Assembly (NCBI GenBank): GCA_963841015.1
Contig: CAWJAX010000003.1
Span: forward strand, 480,001-544,000
Direction of reading: 5' to 3'
Origin: an uncultured Methanoregulaceae archaeon
GTDB taxonomy: Archaea; Halobacteriota; Methanomicrobia; Methanomicrobiales; Methanospirillaceae
Length of the DNA: 64,000 bases
The notes below the pieces were generated by a model, which made no database searches, had not been told where the DNA came from, and worked only from the letters and a program-made list of their open reading frames with translations. A program made the position numbers and the translations under genes. Below, piece by piece: positions 9,928-19,624 of this stretch (positions are counted from its first letter, which is position 1; every line of letters begins with the position of its first letter).

Positions 9928-11007
9928 ATGAGGACACATCTGTCCATCTTTTTTGGCATTTTTGCCGTGATGGCACTTTCCAATGCCATTGTTCCGGTGC
10001 TTCCGGCCTATGCTGAGGGATCTGCCCTTCAGGGAATCATCTATTCCGCATATTTTCTCGGAGCATTTGCGGCCACACTCCCGGCAGGTATCCTGTCTGA
10101 CCGGTATGGTCGTGTTCCCATCATACGCACCGGGCTGGTGATTACGGTTATAAGCGGGCTCCTTTTGTCGGTTCTTACAGCCCCGTTCCCCGTGATTGCC
10201 ATCCGTCTTTTAGAAGGAGTCGGGGCAGGATTCTTTGCAGCAGCTTCAATGGCCTGTGTCAATTCACTGCCGGACCATGAAAAAAAGAGCGGTTATTTCA
10301 TGGCATCACTCAACGCAGGACTCGTTACCGGGCTGGTTTTTGCCGGGTGGCTTGCAGCACATACGCTGGACCCGGCAACCGGGATACTGGTATTTGCGGG
10401 ACTCTCCATTATTCCGGCCGCAGCAAGTTTTTTTGTCCGGGAAACACCTGCAGTTACTCCCAAAGGGGATTACCAGGCACTTGTTTTTCTCCTGAAAGAC
10501 TATCGCTGGTTATGGTACTCTGCAGTAATCCTGATCGGTATTACCGGTGTTGTTACCTCGCTCTATCCGGAATTTTCCGGCTCTTCACCGGATAGCGTTG
10601 GCATCTGGATTTCCCTGATGAGTATTGCAACTATTGCCAGTGTACTGGTTGCATCACGGCTCTCGTTACCCCCCGTTCCGACTATCCGGTGGTCTGCAGT
10701 TTTCATGGTCATCGCGGTCATGGTTTCCTACTTCTCTCCGCTGGGTTTTATCATGGTCGGCATCGGTGCAGGGATTGTGATGATTGCCCAGATGGCTTTT
10801 CTTGCACAGGCAAAGGGCCACCAGGGAGTTGCCATGGGATTATTCTCCACGGCAACCTATCTGGGTATGACGCTGCTTCCCGTCATTACCGGAGTACTGG
10901 CAGATTCGGCCGGCTTTTTTTTCGCGTTTTGTGTTACTGCTCTCTTTGCGGGGACGGTTTTTCTTACGATTGAGCGCTGCGAATGCCGGTTGCACAGGAC
11001 ACCGTAG
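9928..11007 (+). CDS. MFS transporter
   Basis: GILSDRYGR motif A, ~12 TM. Confidence 0.88.
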   Translation: MRTHLSIFFGIFAVMALSNAIVPVLPAYAEGSALQGIIYSAYFLGAFAATLPAGILSDRYGRVPIIRTGLVITVISGLLLSVLTAPFPVIAIRLLEGVGAGFFAAASMACVNSLPDHEKKSGYFMASLNAGLVTGLVFAGWLAAHTLDPATGILVFAGLSIIPAAASFFVRETPAVTPKGDYQALVFLLKDYRWLWYSAVILIGITGVVTSLYPEFSGSSPDSVGIWISLMSIATIASVLVASRLSLPPVPTIRWSAVFMVIAVMVSYFSPLGFIMVGIGAGIVMIAQMAFLAQAKGHQGVAMGLFSTATYLGMTLLPVITGVLADSAGFFFAFCVTALFAGTVFLTIERCECRLHRTP

Positions 11008-11067
11008 TCATCATGCGAAAAAAACAATACATTCATCTGCGATCAAGGGAAATTTCGTCATGAGATT

Positions 11068-12048
11068 ATGAAATCAAAGGCACTATTTCTGGTCTTTCTT
11101 CTCATCCTTGTGAGTATCCCGGGGGTGCATGGAGAAGATGCTCTGGACTGGTACACACGGGGACAGTACGCTCTCGGATTGGGGAATTATGCTGATGCCC
11201 TGGCCAATTTCGACAAGGCTCTTGCTGTTGACAAAAATTATGCCCTTGCGCTATCAGGAAAGGCAGTTGCCCTGAATGGCCTTGGAAACCATGCTGACGC
11301 AATCATTGCAGCAGAAAAGGCAATTGCCATAAAACCATCTGACCAGAATGCCCTGAATGCACGGGCATTCGGCCTACTCAAAACAGGACGGTATGCAGAA
11401 TCAGCAGCTGCCTATGATACACTCTTTTCGGTGGGGTTCGTCCGTGCCGATGCCTACTGCAACCAGGGCTATGCCTACCTTATGGTGAACAAATCTGAAA
11501 ATGCAGTTATCTCCTTTGAAAAGTGTACGGCAATTGACCAGTCAAATCTCGATGGATGGAACCAGAAAGGTCTCGCACTTATGAATCTCGGTAAATACCA
11601 GGATGCTCTGACGGCCTACGATGAAGCAACCTCCATCTCTGTCAAGAATGCCGAGCTCTGGAACAACAAAGGATTAGCATATGCAGCCCTTGGAAGGTAC
11701 CAGGACGCACTCCAGAGCTTCAACAAGGCGCTGGGATTAAAACCGGATTTTGCTGACGCACTGAAGAATAAGGAGAGCGTGATGGGAAAAGTACAGGTGG
11801 TTACGTATTATGGAACCGTCACCCCGACCGTTACGGTAAGTCGTATCGGAACGTTTTTTACCACGGTGACGCCTTCCCCGCTCCCAACAGAGGTCACTCC
11901 ACAGGTTACGGTTACCGGAGAACCACAAAAAACAACGGTCCCGGTTGCTAAAAAGACGACATACACCCCGGTTTCACCTTTCACGGCACTTGCTGGTGTA
12001 TTCATTGTCTGCGGTTTCATGCTTGCGGCAAACCGTATCAGAAAATAA
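11068..12048 (+). CDS. Secreted TPR protein with Thr/Pro linker and C-terminal TM anchor
   Basis: Signal peptide, TPR repeats (WNQKG/WNNKG), T-rich stalk, hydrophobic tail ending RIRK. Confidence 0.88.
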   Translation: MKSKALFLVFLLILVSIPGVHGEDALDWYTRGQYALGLGNYADALANFDKALAVDKNYALALSGKAVALNGLGNHADAIIAAEKAIAIKPSDQNALNARAFGLLKTGRYAESAAAYDTLFSVGFVRADAYCNQGYAYLMVNKSENAVISFEKCTAIDQSNLDGWNQKGLALMNLGKYQDALTAYDEATSISVKNAELWNNKGLAYAALGRYQDALQSFNKALGLKPDFADALKNKESVMGKVQVVTYYGTVTPTVTVSRIGTFFTTVTPSPLPTEVTPQVTVTGEPQKTTVPVAKKTTYTPVSPFTALAGVFIVCGFMLAANRIRK

Positions 12049-12052
12049 CCAT

Positions 12053-12074
12053 TCTCTTTTTTTTCATTTTTTTT
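12053..12074 (+). terminator. Archaeal oligo-T terminator
   Basis: TCTCTTTTTTTTCATTTTTTTT immediately after the TPR stop codon. Confidence 0.55.
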
Positions 12075-12227
12075 GATGCGGAGAAATCAAATAGAAAACT
12101 TTCATAGCGCTCTTGGGGGGCTTTTTGCATATATTGCTCTCAACGCCCCCAGTCGGACTCCCCAAATCCAAGAATTGTTCTAAAAAAGGTAATACTGCAC
12201 TATGTTTTAAAAAAAAAAGGTTTCCTA

Positions 12228-12460
12228 TGAAAATTGTAGTATTCAGATATGATTCGGAAATTATTATCACTCTATCCATCTGGTAGGATGAATGCCGCCA
12301 CCCCCGACGGGGCGCCCCCGTTGCGGATCAATGACCAAAAAATTTAAAAAAACTCCCTGCCCCGCCGTGCCTCGGAGAGGCCCTGAGGCGGGAGTCCTTC
12401 GTATAAAATAAGATTTTCATGGTTCAGGAGCGAACCGAATCGATTCATGTCTGTTTTTTA
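12228..12460 (+). repeat. Structured intergenic repeat copy 2 (modules B + C)
   Basis: Aligns to 38161-38387; conserved hairpins GCCTC..GAGGC and GGTTC..GAACC. Confidence 0.85.
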
Positions 12461-12644
12461 CCCGGCAAATTTTTTGAATTTTTTTGTGAGGTATTATAGA
12501 TGATGATTATAATTGTGGAAGGAACCATACCTGTCCCCTCCAGGGTCTGTTTTTTGAGTGGAACATTGAGGAGCGTAGTAAAGGGGGAGGTAAAACCCCA
12601 CAAGGCGTTCAAATTCCTGAACACATCTGATAATAAAGCGCCCA

Positions 12645-13823
12645 TTATGCATCTTTACCGGCATACGCAGTCATTATTCCCGCATACACCTCAGAGGCCT
12701 TCTTCAGGTCCTCAATCTTAACCCGTTCATTCACTGCGTGCAGGGTTGAAATCTCACCGGGCCCGTACTCGATCACATTAAATCCGCACAGGCGGAGGTG
12801 ACGGGCATCGCTCGCCGCCCACTGGACAATCGGGAAGACCGGTCCGCCCTGCACCCGCTCCACTTCATTACAGGTAACCGCAACAAGACGGCATGAGGGA
12901 TCAGTCATTGAGGGTTCATGAGTTGTCTGTGATACGATTTTCCCGAAGGGGGAGTGGGATTTTATCTCTTCAACAAGATCCGGAATTGAACAACCCCACG
13001 GTATCCTGAGTTCAAGGTCAAGATCACAGTGTTGTGCAACAACGTTTGACTTCTCTCCACCCCGTATGATCCCCGGGTTATACATCAGTTTTTTCAGGAC
13101 CTCTTTCACATTATGGATGTGGAATTCCTTTTCAAGGACACCTGAAGAACGTTCAATGATCTCTTTTACCCGCTCATCAACGGGATATTCCCGGTTATGC
13201 ATCGCTTTTACCTTTTCAAGGAGGGATAGTGCTTCCATAACTGCACTCACCCCAACCGCGGGGTAAAGGGAACCATGTGCCGGGGTCCCGTTGAATTTCA
13301 TCTCGAGCCGGCAAAGCCCTTTTTGTCCGATGCAGGGATGACGAACCGGTGAGGGTTCAGCAATGAGGCAGTCTGTGGGTCTGATCATTTTTTTTGCAAG
13401 AAGATACCGTATTCCGTGCTCACCCCCGGTCTCTTCATCGCAGACAAATGCACAGGTTGCCGGCACTTCCCTACCCTTGTCAACCAGTATCTGGCAGGAG
13501 GCAAGCAGCGATGCACAGCCTCCCTTCATATCCGTAGCGCCCCGCCCCCACACATAACCGTCCTGGATAGTTCCGGAAAAGGGAGGGTATGTCCACCCTT
13601 CATCCAGTGCCGGTACGACGTCCACATGCCCGCAGAAGAGAAGCCGGTTGCCGGTTCCGGTGGTTATCAGGTTATTTTCTCCTGATTTGGTCAGGGTAAT
13701 TTTCGATCTGATTCCTAAGGTATCGAGAAACGTTCTGATATATTCGATAACTTCAGCTGTACTCCCGGGAGGATTTTCACTCCTGATCGCAACAAGTTCA
13801 GAGCAGATACGGCTGACATTCAT
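12645..13823 (-). CDS. M20 metallohydrolase (ArgE/DapE family)
   Basis: GHVDVVP, GRGATDMKGG, DEETGG, AEP, HAVNE. Confidence 0.92.
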   Translation of the reverse strand: MNVSRICSELVAIRSENPPGSTAEVIEYIRTFLDTLGIRSKITLTKSGENNLITTGTGNRLLFCGHVDVVPALDEGWTYPPFSGTIQDGYVWGRGATDMKGGCASLLASCQILVDKGREVPATCAFVCDEETGGEHGIRYLLAKKMIRPTDCLIAEPSPVRHPCIGQKGLCRLEMKFNGTPAHGSLYPAVGVSAVMEALSLLEKVKAMHNREYPVDERVKEIIERSSGVLEKEFHIHNVKEVLKKLMYNPGIIRGGEKSNVVAQHCDLDLELRIPWGCSIPDLVEEIKSHSPFGKIVSQTTHEPSMTDPSCRLVAVTCNEVERVQGGPVFPIVQWAASDARHLRLCGFNVIEYGPGEISTLHAVNERVKIEDLKKASEVYAGIMTAYAGKDA

Positions 13824-13840
13824 ACGGGACACCTTACGGG

Positions 13841-14344
13841 TTATGAGCACGAAGCACTATAGGTTTTAAACAGCATCGAGAGCGAAGCATCTTCGTACAG
13901 GCTTTTTAAGAATTCCGTTTCAAAGAATTCGTCTATAATAACATAGAAGAAGTCGATCGGCAGGAGGTTTCTGCTGTCCGGGTCAAGAACAATCCGGAAA
14001 CTCCGATAACTTGCCGGATCCTCTTCATCGTAAATCATCTGCCAGAGCGAAGGCAGACGGGCAAACTTCTCCGGGCGGTTCTCCTTAAGCCAGCCCATAA
14101 ATCCGGAAAATTTCGCACGGTCCCCTTTTTTCTCTTCATCAATACGCCACCGCAGGTACTCTCCGCCCATGATGTTTTTCGGCGAGAGGATATTGAAGGC
14201 ATAGATACCCGCAGTGTAATCGATATGGGCAAGGGAATCGATCAGGTAAAAATAGAGGACTTTATTAAACTGTCCGGGGTCCTGGAGGATCAGGGTTTTT
14301 TCATACAGGTAGGAAAGAACCGACAGGAACTCATTTTCTTCCAT
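13841..14344 (-). CDS. Hypothetical protein
   Basis: 167-aa ATG ORF co-oriented between moaA and the M20 gene; no motif recognised. Confidence 0.75.
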   Translation of the reverse strand: MEENEFLSVLSYLYEKTLILQDPGQFNKVLYFYLIDSLAHIDYTAGIYAFNILSPKNIMGGEYLRWRIDEEKKGDRAKFSGFMGWLKENRPEKFARLPSLWQMIYDEEDPASYRSFRIVLDPDSRNLLPIDFFYVIIDEFFETEFLKSLYEDASLSMLFKTYSASCS

Positions 14345-14440
14345 AGCCTCTTTATTCGTGCCGGAGTTGTAAATAATTGCCGTTTATAAAAAAATCGAAA
14401 CGGTGATTCAGGCTACCGTTCGTGACGATAGCATTCACTA

Positions 14441-15319
14441 TTATTTATAAAATGGCTCCCGGAGCGATACCGCTTTTTTGAACAATGCTTCGAGTTCCGC
14501 ACCTTTCTTACCACGGACGTCGATGTGGTTGTCAGTGCGCAGCAGGCAGGGTTTGAGTTGCCCGTCAGAAGTAACCCTGAGGCGGTTGCAGAAAGCGCAG
14601 AACTCGGTATTATGGAGCGGGCGGACAACTTCGACTTCAGCACCGTCAAGGCAATATTTTTTCCGGTGGTGCATCCTCCGGGTGATGATCTGTTTTGAAC
14701 GGGAAGCGAGGGAATCCTCCAGCCCATGTAAGTCCCCATGGTAGCTGCAGTCATTGAAATGCATCAGTTCAATCAACTGCAGGACAAGATTCCGGTTGCC
14801 CCTGACATAAGCAAGGAAATCATCAATCTCATTGTCATTGACACCCTCCAGGACGACCATGTTCAGCTTCACCGGTGTAAGTCCGCAATCGAGTGCAGCA
14901 TCAATACCAGCGAGTACATCACTCAGCCGATCGATGCCGGTGATCCTTTTATAGGTATCCGGATTCAGGCTGTCGAGGCTTACATTAACCCTCCTGAGGC
15001 CTGCAGCTTTGAGATTAGATGCACAATCAGCGAGAAGAGTGCCGTTGGTGGTCAGAGATGATTCCATACCACCAGGTACTGATTGTACAATTTCAATAAG
15101 ATCCGGACGAAGCAACGGTTCGCCGCCGGTAAATTTTACGCTGCGAATTGCAAATGTGGCCGCAACCTTCAGTATCTCTGCAATCTCCCCGGCAGATATC
15201 TGATCCTTGGGAGATTTTTCCCCCTCTTTATGGCAGTATATGCAGGAAAGGTTACACGCGGGGGTAAGACTTATCCGAAGGTTGCTCACCGGGCGGTTAT
15301 AGGGGTCTTTAAGGATCAT
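14441..15319 (-). CDS. moaA: GTP 3',8-cyclase
   Basis: LRISLT..CNLSCIYC, TGGEPLLR, FCAFCNRLRVTSDGQLKPCL. Confidence 0.96.
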   Translation of the reverse strand: MILKDPYNRPVSNLRISLTPACNLSCIYCHKEGEKSPKDQISAGEIAEILKVAATFAIRSVKFTGGEPLLRPDLIEIVQSVPGGMESSLTTNGTLLADCASNLKAAGLRRVNVSLDSLNPDTYKRITGIDRLSDVLAGIDAALDCGLTPVKLNMVVLEGVNDNEIDDFLAYVRGNRNLVLQLIELMHFNDCSYHGDLHGLEDSLASRSKQIITRRMHHRKKYCLDGAEVEVVRPLHNTEFCAFCNRLRVTSDGQLKPCLLRTDNHIDVRGKKGAELEALFKKAVSLREPFYK

Positions 15320-15911
15320 GTTGATCTTGTGTGCCTTTGAAATTCTTAGCCACGATATAGAGCTCGGTACTCCCTTTGCGCGTGGATCGGGTGATGCAGG
15401 TTTTCACGGAATAGAACTGTTCCTTCGTCATGGCATACAGCTCAGGAAAATCCGTACCCTGGAAGGATTTCACCACAAAATTTCCGCCTTGTTTTAAGAC
15501 TTTGCAGGCAAACGCCAGTGCCTGTTCATTCAGCTCGATGATACGTGCCTGGTCGTAACTCTTGTGCCCGGAGAGCTTGGGTGCCGCATCACAGACTACT
15601 ACATTGACGATACCGAGCATGGATCGAACCTTCTCCTGCACTTCAGGATCGTTGAGGTCCCCTTCAATTGTTTCCACCCCATCAAGTGCGGCAATCTGAT
15701 TGAGATCAATGCCCACAACTTTTGCCTGCGTGAGCGTCCGCTCCACCTGCAGCCAGCTTCCGGGAGCTGCGCCCAAATCGACAATATTGTCATCTGGCCG
15801 GATAATGGCAAACTTCTTCTGGATCTCGAGGAGCTTGTAGGCTGCCCGGGAACGGTATCCCTCGTGTTTTGCCCTTACATGTGTCCGGTCATTTCCCCAT
15901 TGTGAACCCAT
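15309..15911 (-). CDS. rlmE: 23S rRNA Um2552 methyltransferase
   Basis: YRSRAAYKL, DLGAAPGSW, K-D-K-E tetrad. Confidence 0.95.
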   Translation of the reverse strand: MGSQWGNDRTHVRAKHEGYRSRAAYKLLEIQKKFAIIRPDDNIVDLGAAPGSWLQVERTLTQAKVVGIDLNQIAALDGVETIEGDLNDPEVQEKVRSMLGIVNVVVCDAAPKLSGHKSYDQARIIELNEQALAFACKVLKQGGNFVVKSFQGTDFPELYAMTKEQFYSVKTCITRSTRKGSTELYIVAKNFKGTQDQHDP

Positions 15912-16066
15912 TGTCCTGATCGTGCCTCTTTTTTAGTCGGGATACTATCCCAAAACGCTGTGTTATTGTGTGACTGCATATCGTATAATAGATTGGATTT
16001 ACCAACACGGGATAGTAAATACCTTTCTTTCTGGAATCCGATCAGGGAAAAGGGTAATCTTTTCCC

Positions 16067-16257
16067 GGCCCTGGAGAGATGGTTGATAATAAGCTAAACG
16101 CTCAACCATGGTTTCACTCCTCCGCTTCGGCCCCTTTTTAATGTGCGATAGATCCCGAACGGGGAATTCATCATCATAGCAGGAGGTTCAAGTGTGGCAG
16201 GGAAGGACCGGCACGGTACCCTCCGTTATCGTATCAGTGTTTTGTATTTCATATCAA
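16067..16257 (-). repeat. Structured intergenic repeat copy 3 (module A, minus strand)
   Basis: Reverse complement TTGATATGAAAT...GGAGGGTACCGTGCCGGTCCTTCC...GTGAAACC...TGAGCGTTTAGCTT aligns to 37983-38142. Confidence 0.78.
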
Positions 16258-16381
16258 AATACAAAACAATATTCAAAAATTATGCAATTCCCGTTTTTGT
16301 TAATACGATAAAACGGGCTGCAGCACGAGTGATAGCTGATTTCAGAACAAGACCGGATATACTTTCCTGCCTTAAAGAGCA

Positions 16382-16795
16382 TTACAAAAGTTCACCTTCG
16401 TACATCATCTCGCCGGAATCCCCATTCACCTGGACCTGGACTCCACTCCGCAACCGGTTCATAGGGATGTCAATATGATCGATCATCGGAATCTCCCCGA
16501 TGATTGCACCCGTGGCGATGATAGGTTCAGCCTCGGTATTAACAATCGCTGCCGGGGCATGCCTGTTCCGGCTCAAAGCATAGAGAACATAGGAGCCAAC
16601 CGTTGAGCCCTTGCCGTAAGGAAAGGCAAGAACCGTTCCGGCAATACACGCGCCCTGGAGCGGGTGGCCTTTCTCGACTATGATCCCGGATTCGGGATCA
16701 ACTCCCGATAAGAATGATAGTGGTACCGGGCTGACCAGCAGGGGACCCTTCCCCCGCCCTCCTGCAATTCCTCTTCCCCTGATGAGCAATATCAC
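16382..16795 (-). CDS. DUF126 / AcnX small (swivel) subunit, phosphomevalonate dehydratase small subunit-like
   Basis: SFLSGVDPESG, GKGSTVGSY, APAAI. Confidence 0.88.
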   Translation of the reverse strand: MILLIRGRGIAGGRGKGPLLVSPVPLSFLSGVDPESGIIVEKGHPLQGACIAGTVLAFPYGKGSTVGSYVLYALSRNRHAPAAIVNTEAEPIIATGAIIGEIPMIDHIDIPMNRLRSGVQVQVNGDSGEMMYEGELL

Positions 16796-16833
16796 ACCTA
16801 ATAAATGTTTGAAGATTACACTATAAGAGTAAT

Positions 16834-17994
16834 ATGGAAGAGACTTCCGTCAATAATACTGCGCCTTCAACTGAGCTCAAATACCAGATCCAGCTCAACG
16901 AGCTTGAAGCCAGCCTGCTCGACATGAAGGTGAAGGTTGACGAACTCGTAAAGGAGAATGCCCAGCTCCGGCGGGAGAACAACCAGCTCAAGCGTATGCC
17001 GCTGTTTGTTGCCGTTATCGTTGATATCCTGGATAACGGTGAAATTTACCTCCGTCAGCAGGGGAATAACCAGGAATACCTTACTACGGCAACTGAAGAA
17101 ATCCGCCCGCTCTTAAAACCCGGCGCCAAGGTCGCCGTCAACAACGCGCTGTCTATTGTCAAGGTAATTGGCAACATATACGATTCACGCATCCGGGTCA
17201 TGGAGCTCGAGGTATCACCGGAAACCAGCTATGCCCAGATAGGGGGTCTTGCTGATGTAATAAAAGAAGTGCGCGAAGCCGTGGAGTACCCGCTGACCAA
17301 ACCGGAGATATTCGAGCGTATCGGTGTGGAACCCCCCAAGGGCATTTTACTCTACGGCCCGCCAGGAACCGGAAAAACCCTGATCGCAAAAGCGGTGGCT
17401 CATGAGGCACATGCGACGTTCATCCGGATGTCCGGGAGTGAACTGGTCCACAAGTTTATCGGAGAAGGCGCCGGGCTTGTCCGCGAACTGTTCATGCTTG
17501 CCCGCGAACGTGCACCTGCCATCGTCTTCATTGATGAGATCGATGCGGTCGGAAGCACGAGAACCCATGACGGTACATCAGGAAGTGCCGAAGTGCAGCG
17601 TACGCTCATGCAGCTCCTTGCCGAGATGGACGGGTTTGACAACCGTGGAGATGTGCGCATTATGGCAGCAACCAACCGCCCGGACATGCTGGATCCGGCC
17701 CTTCTGCGACCGGGGAGGTTTGACCGGGTGATCGAGATCCCCCTTCCGGATAAGGATGCACGGCTCCAGATCCTCAGAATTCACTCGCGCAAGATGCACC
17801 TTGACAATGTGAACCTGGAAGAACTCGTGGATATGACCGATAATACTACAGGAGCTGAACTCGAAGCTGTCTGCCGTGAGGCTGGTATGATGGCCGTGAG
17901 AAGGGAAGCGGTGTGCGTTGAGATGGTAGATTTCATCGACGCTGTCCACAAAGTGAAGAACGAGATCATTACCGACAACCGCATGTATACGTAA
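16834..17994 (+). CDS. pan: Proteasome-activating nucleotidase
   Basis: Coiled coil, GPPGTGKT, FIDEID, RPGRFDR, C-terminal HbYX (MYT). Confidence 0.94.
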   Translation: MEETSVNNTAPSTELKYQIQLNELEASLLDMKVKVDELVKENAQLRRENNQLKRMPLFVAVIVDILDNGEIYLRQQGNNQEYLTTATEEIRPLLKPGAKVAVNNALSIVKVIGNIYDSRIRVMELEVSPETSYAQIGGLADVIKEVREAVEYPLTKPEIFERIGVEPPKGILLYGPPGTGKTLIAKAVAHEAHATFIRMSGSELVHKFIGEGAGLVRELFMLARERAPAIVFIDEIDAVGSTRTHDGTSGSAEVQRTLMQLLAEMDGFDNRGDVRIMAATNRPDMLDPALLRPGRFDRVIEIPLPDKDARLQILRIHSRKMHLDNVNLEELVDMTDNTTGAELEAVCREAGMMAVRREAVCVEMVDFIDAVHKVKNEIITDNRMYT

Positions 17995-18041
17995 ATAACG
18001 CATACGTCCGTTGTATCATTCATTTTTTATCGGAGACCCGG

Positions 18042-18545
18042 ATGAATATCCTCTTGATTCAGCGGGACGGAGTCGATCTCCACCATACTCTTTTTGCATC
18101 AGAGACCAGTCGTATGGCATTGCGCTTTTATCACCCGAAAAAAAAGTCATGCGGGGTATATATTACGGTATCAACACTCGGAAGCGCCTTATCTCTTATT
18201 TCAGAACTGCGCTGGTATATCCGTCGCTATGTCAAAGAAACGCTGTTTGAAGTGACCCCCGGAATATATTGCACCCATACACTGGCACAGGACGTGTATT
18301 ACGAGCGTACTACGGTTCTTGGACCGGCGTGGCCATTCCGCCGGCTCTATGGATTCCGCCAGGGAAAACTGATCAGCAGGGTCGTGATGTCACCGGGATC
18401 AACCATCGAAGAATATCACCAGGAATATGCCGGTATTGACCGATCGATCGAGATTTGGTGCACCGAAGATGAAGTGGAAGAGGGTGAACCCATGGCAGAA
18501 GAAACCGGGGATGACGATGCTGCTCTGCCAGGAGAGGACGAATAG
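18042..18545 (+). CDS. DUF5804-like archaeal protein
   Basis: DLHHTLFASETSR...TLGSALSLISELRWY resembles DUF5804 as I recall it. Confidence 0.7.
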   Translation: MNILLIQRDGVDLHHTLFASETSRMALRFYHPKKKSCGVYITVSTLGSALSLISELRWYIRRYVKETLFEVTPGIYCTHTLAQDVYYERTTVLGPAWPFRRLYGFRQGKLISRVVMSPGSTIEEYHQEYAGIDRSIEIWCTEDEVEEGEPMAEETGDDDAALPGEDE

Positions 18546-18620
18546 GTACCGGGCAGCCCCGTTCCATGGATTCAGACTCCAATAGAAAAGATTTTCATCG
18601 TTCATCAGGATGATCAATAC

Positions 18621-19118
18621 ATGAAAAGAGTGCTCTTTTTACTCATTATCTGCCTTACCTTTTGTTTCATCATGGGATGCTGCAATCCCCCCCCGTCACC
18701 TCCCGCGTCAGAAAATGGTCAGTCATATTATACTAGATCGTCCAATGGGTCCAGGATCCACACGGTCCCGTTAATCCCTTCACTCATTGAAATTGCATGG
18801 AAACCGAAGCCGACTGAAACGATCCCTTCCATGTACCAAGTCCAGATTGAGACGTATAAAAATCCGCTGGGATCAGATCCCTTTATTTCCATTACTTTCC
18901 AGGGGGGATCAGGACAGGCATATACCCAAAGCATGGATGCACTCGTTCTCCGCTCAGACAACCTGATTGAATTTGAATCGATTCCTTATCCCCAGGTCGG
19001 ATCCCAGATTATCATGAATGGTACCACCGGTACCGACCGTCTTGTCGTTGATATTGTCATGGCAAATGAACGTTACCGGGTTGTTGATGAGTTACTGCCC
19101 CTGAAATCCTATAATTGA
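18621..19118 (+). CDS. Hypothetical lipoprotein
   Basis: Signal peptide with lipobox-like IMGC; FQGGSG motif. Confidence 0.75.
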   Translation: MKRVLFLLIICLTFCFIMGCCNPPPSPPASENGQSYYTRSSNGSRIHTVPLIPSLIEIAWKPKPTETIPSMYQVQIETYKNPLGSDPFISITFQGGSGQAYTQSMDALVLRSDNLIEFESIPYPQVGSQIIMNGTTGTDRLVVDIVMANERYRVVDELLPLKSYN

Positions 19119-19180
19119 GTGAAAAAAGCCAGTACCGGAAGAAGGTGGAGAAAACAAGCCGGATATGATCCAGGGAACAG

Positions 19181-19427
19181 ACTCTGGAATGGGGTCCCGG
19201 TTAGAGTGGCGAAAATACGCCCAAATTGGGCTCCGATTCTCTTTTTGATAGTACGGTCAATACCGGGAAACCCTGTAAAACTATCCGTTTTGATGCTTAT
19301 GAAAACGGAGGTCATATTTACCCCAGTTTGCCAAAATACGGCTGATTCACATCTCGCCAAAATCCCGCCAAAGGCCCTTAAAATGAGGTGAATTTTGCCA
19401 CGTGATTTACCCCGCCCAGATTCCAGA
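19181..19427. repeat. Imperfect ~245-bp fold-back (MITE-like) element
   Basis: TCTGGAAT...GTGGCGAAAAT pairs with ATTTTGCCAC...ATTCCAGA; central hairpin TCCGTTTT/AAAACGGA at 19284-19309. Confidence 0.5.
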
Positions 19428-19624
19428 AAGGCTGCCAGAATGCGAATATGAGGGTCGTTTTTCCGGCAGGATCCAATTTATTCTTAACAATCAATTTTCT
19501 GAAAGGACAATCCGGGATAAAATGATTTTTTAATTACACACAGTGAATTGAGGTTAGCTGAAGAAAGTATTTTAGGAGAAACCCAATATGTCGAACTTAA
19601 TAAATGATATGACGCTATTAAGAT

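Noticed and set aside
16382-16795. AcnX small subunit without its large subunit
   Set aside because: The partner may be encoded elsewhere in the genome; this cannot be judged from one window.
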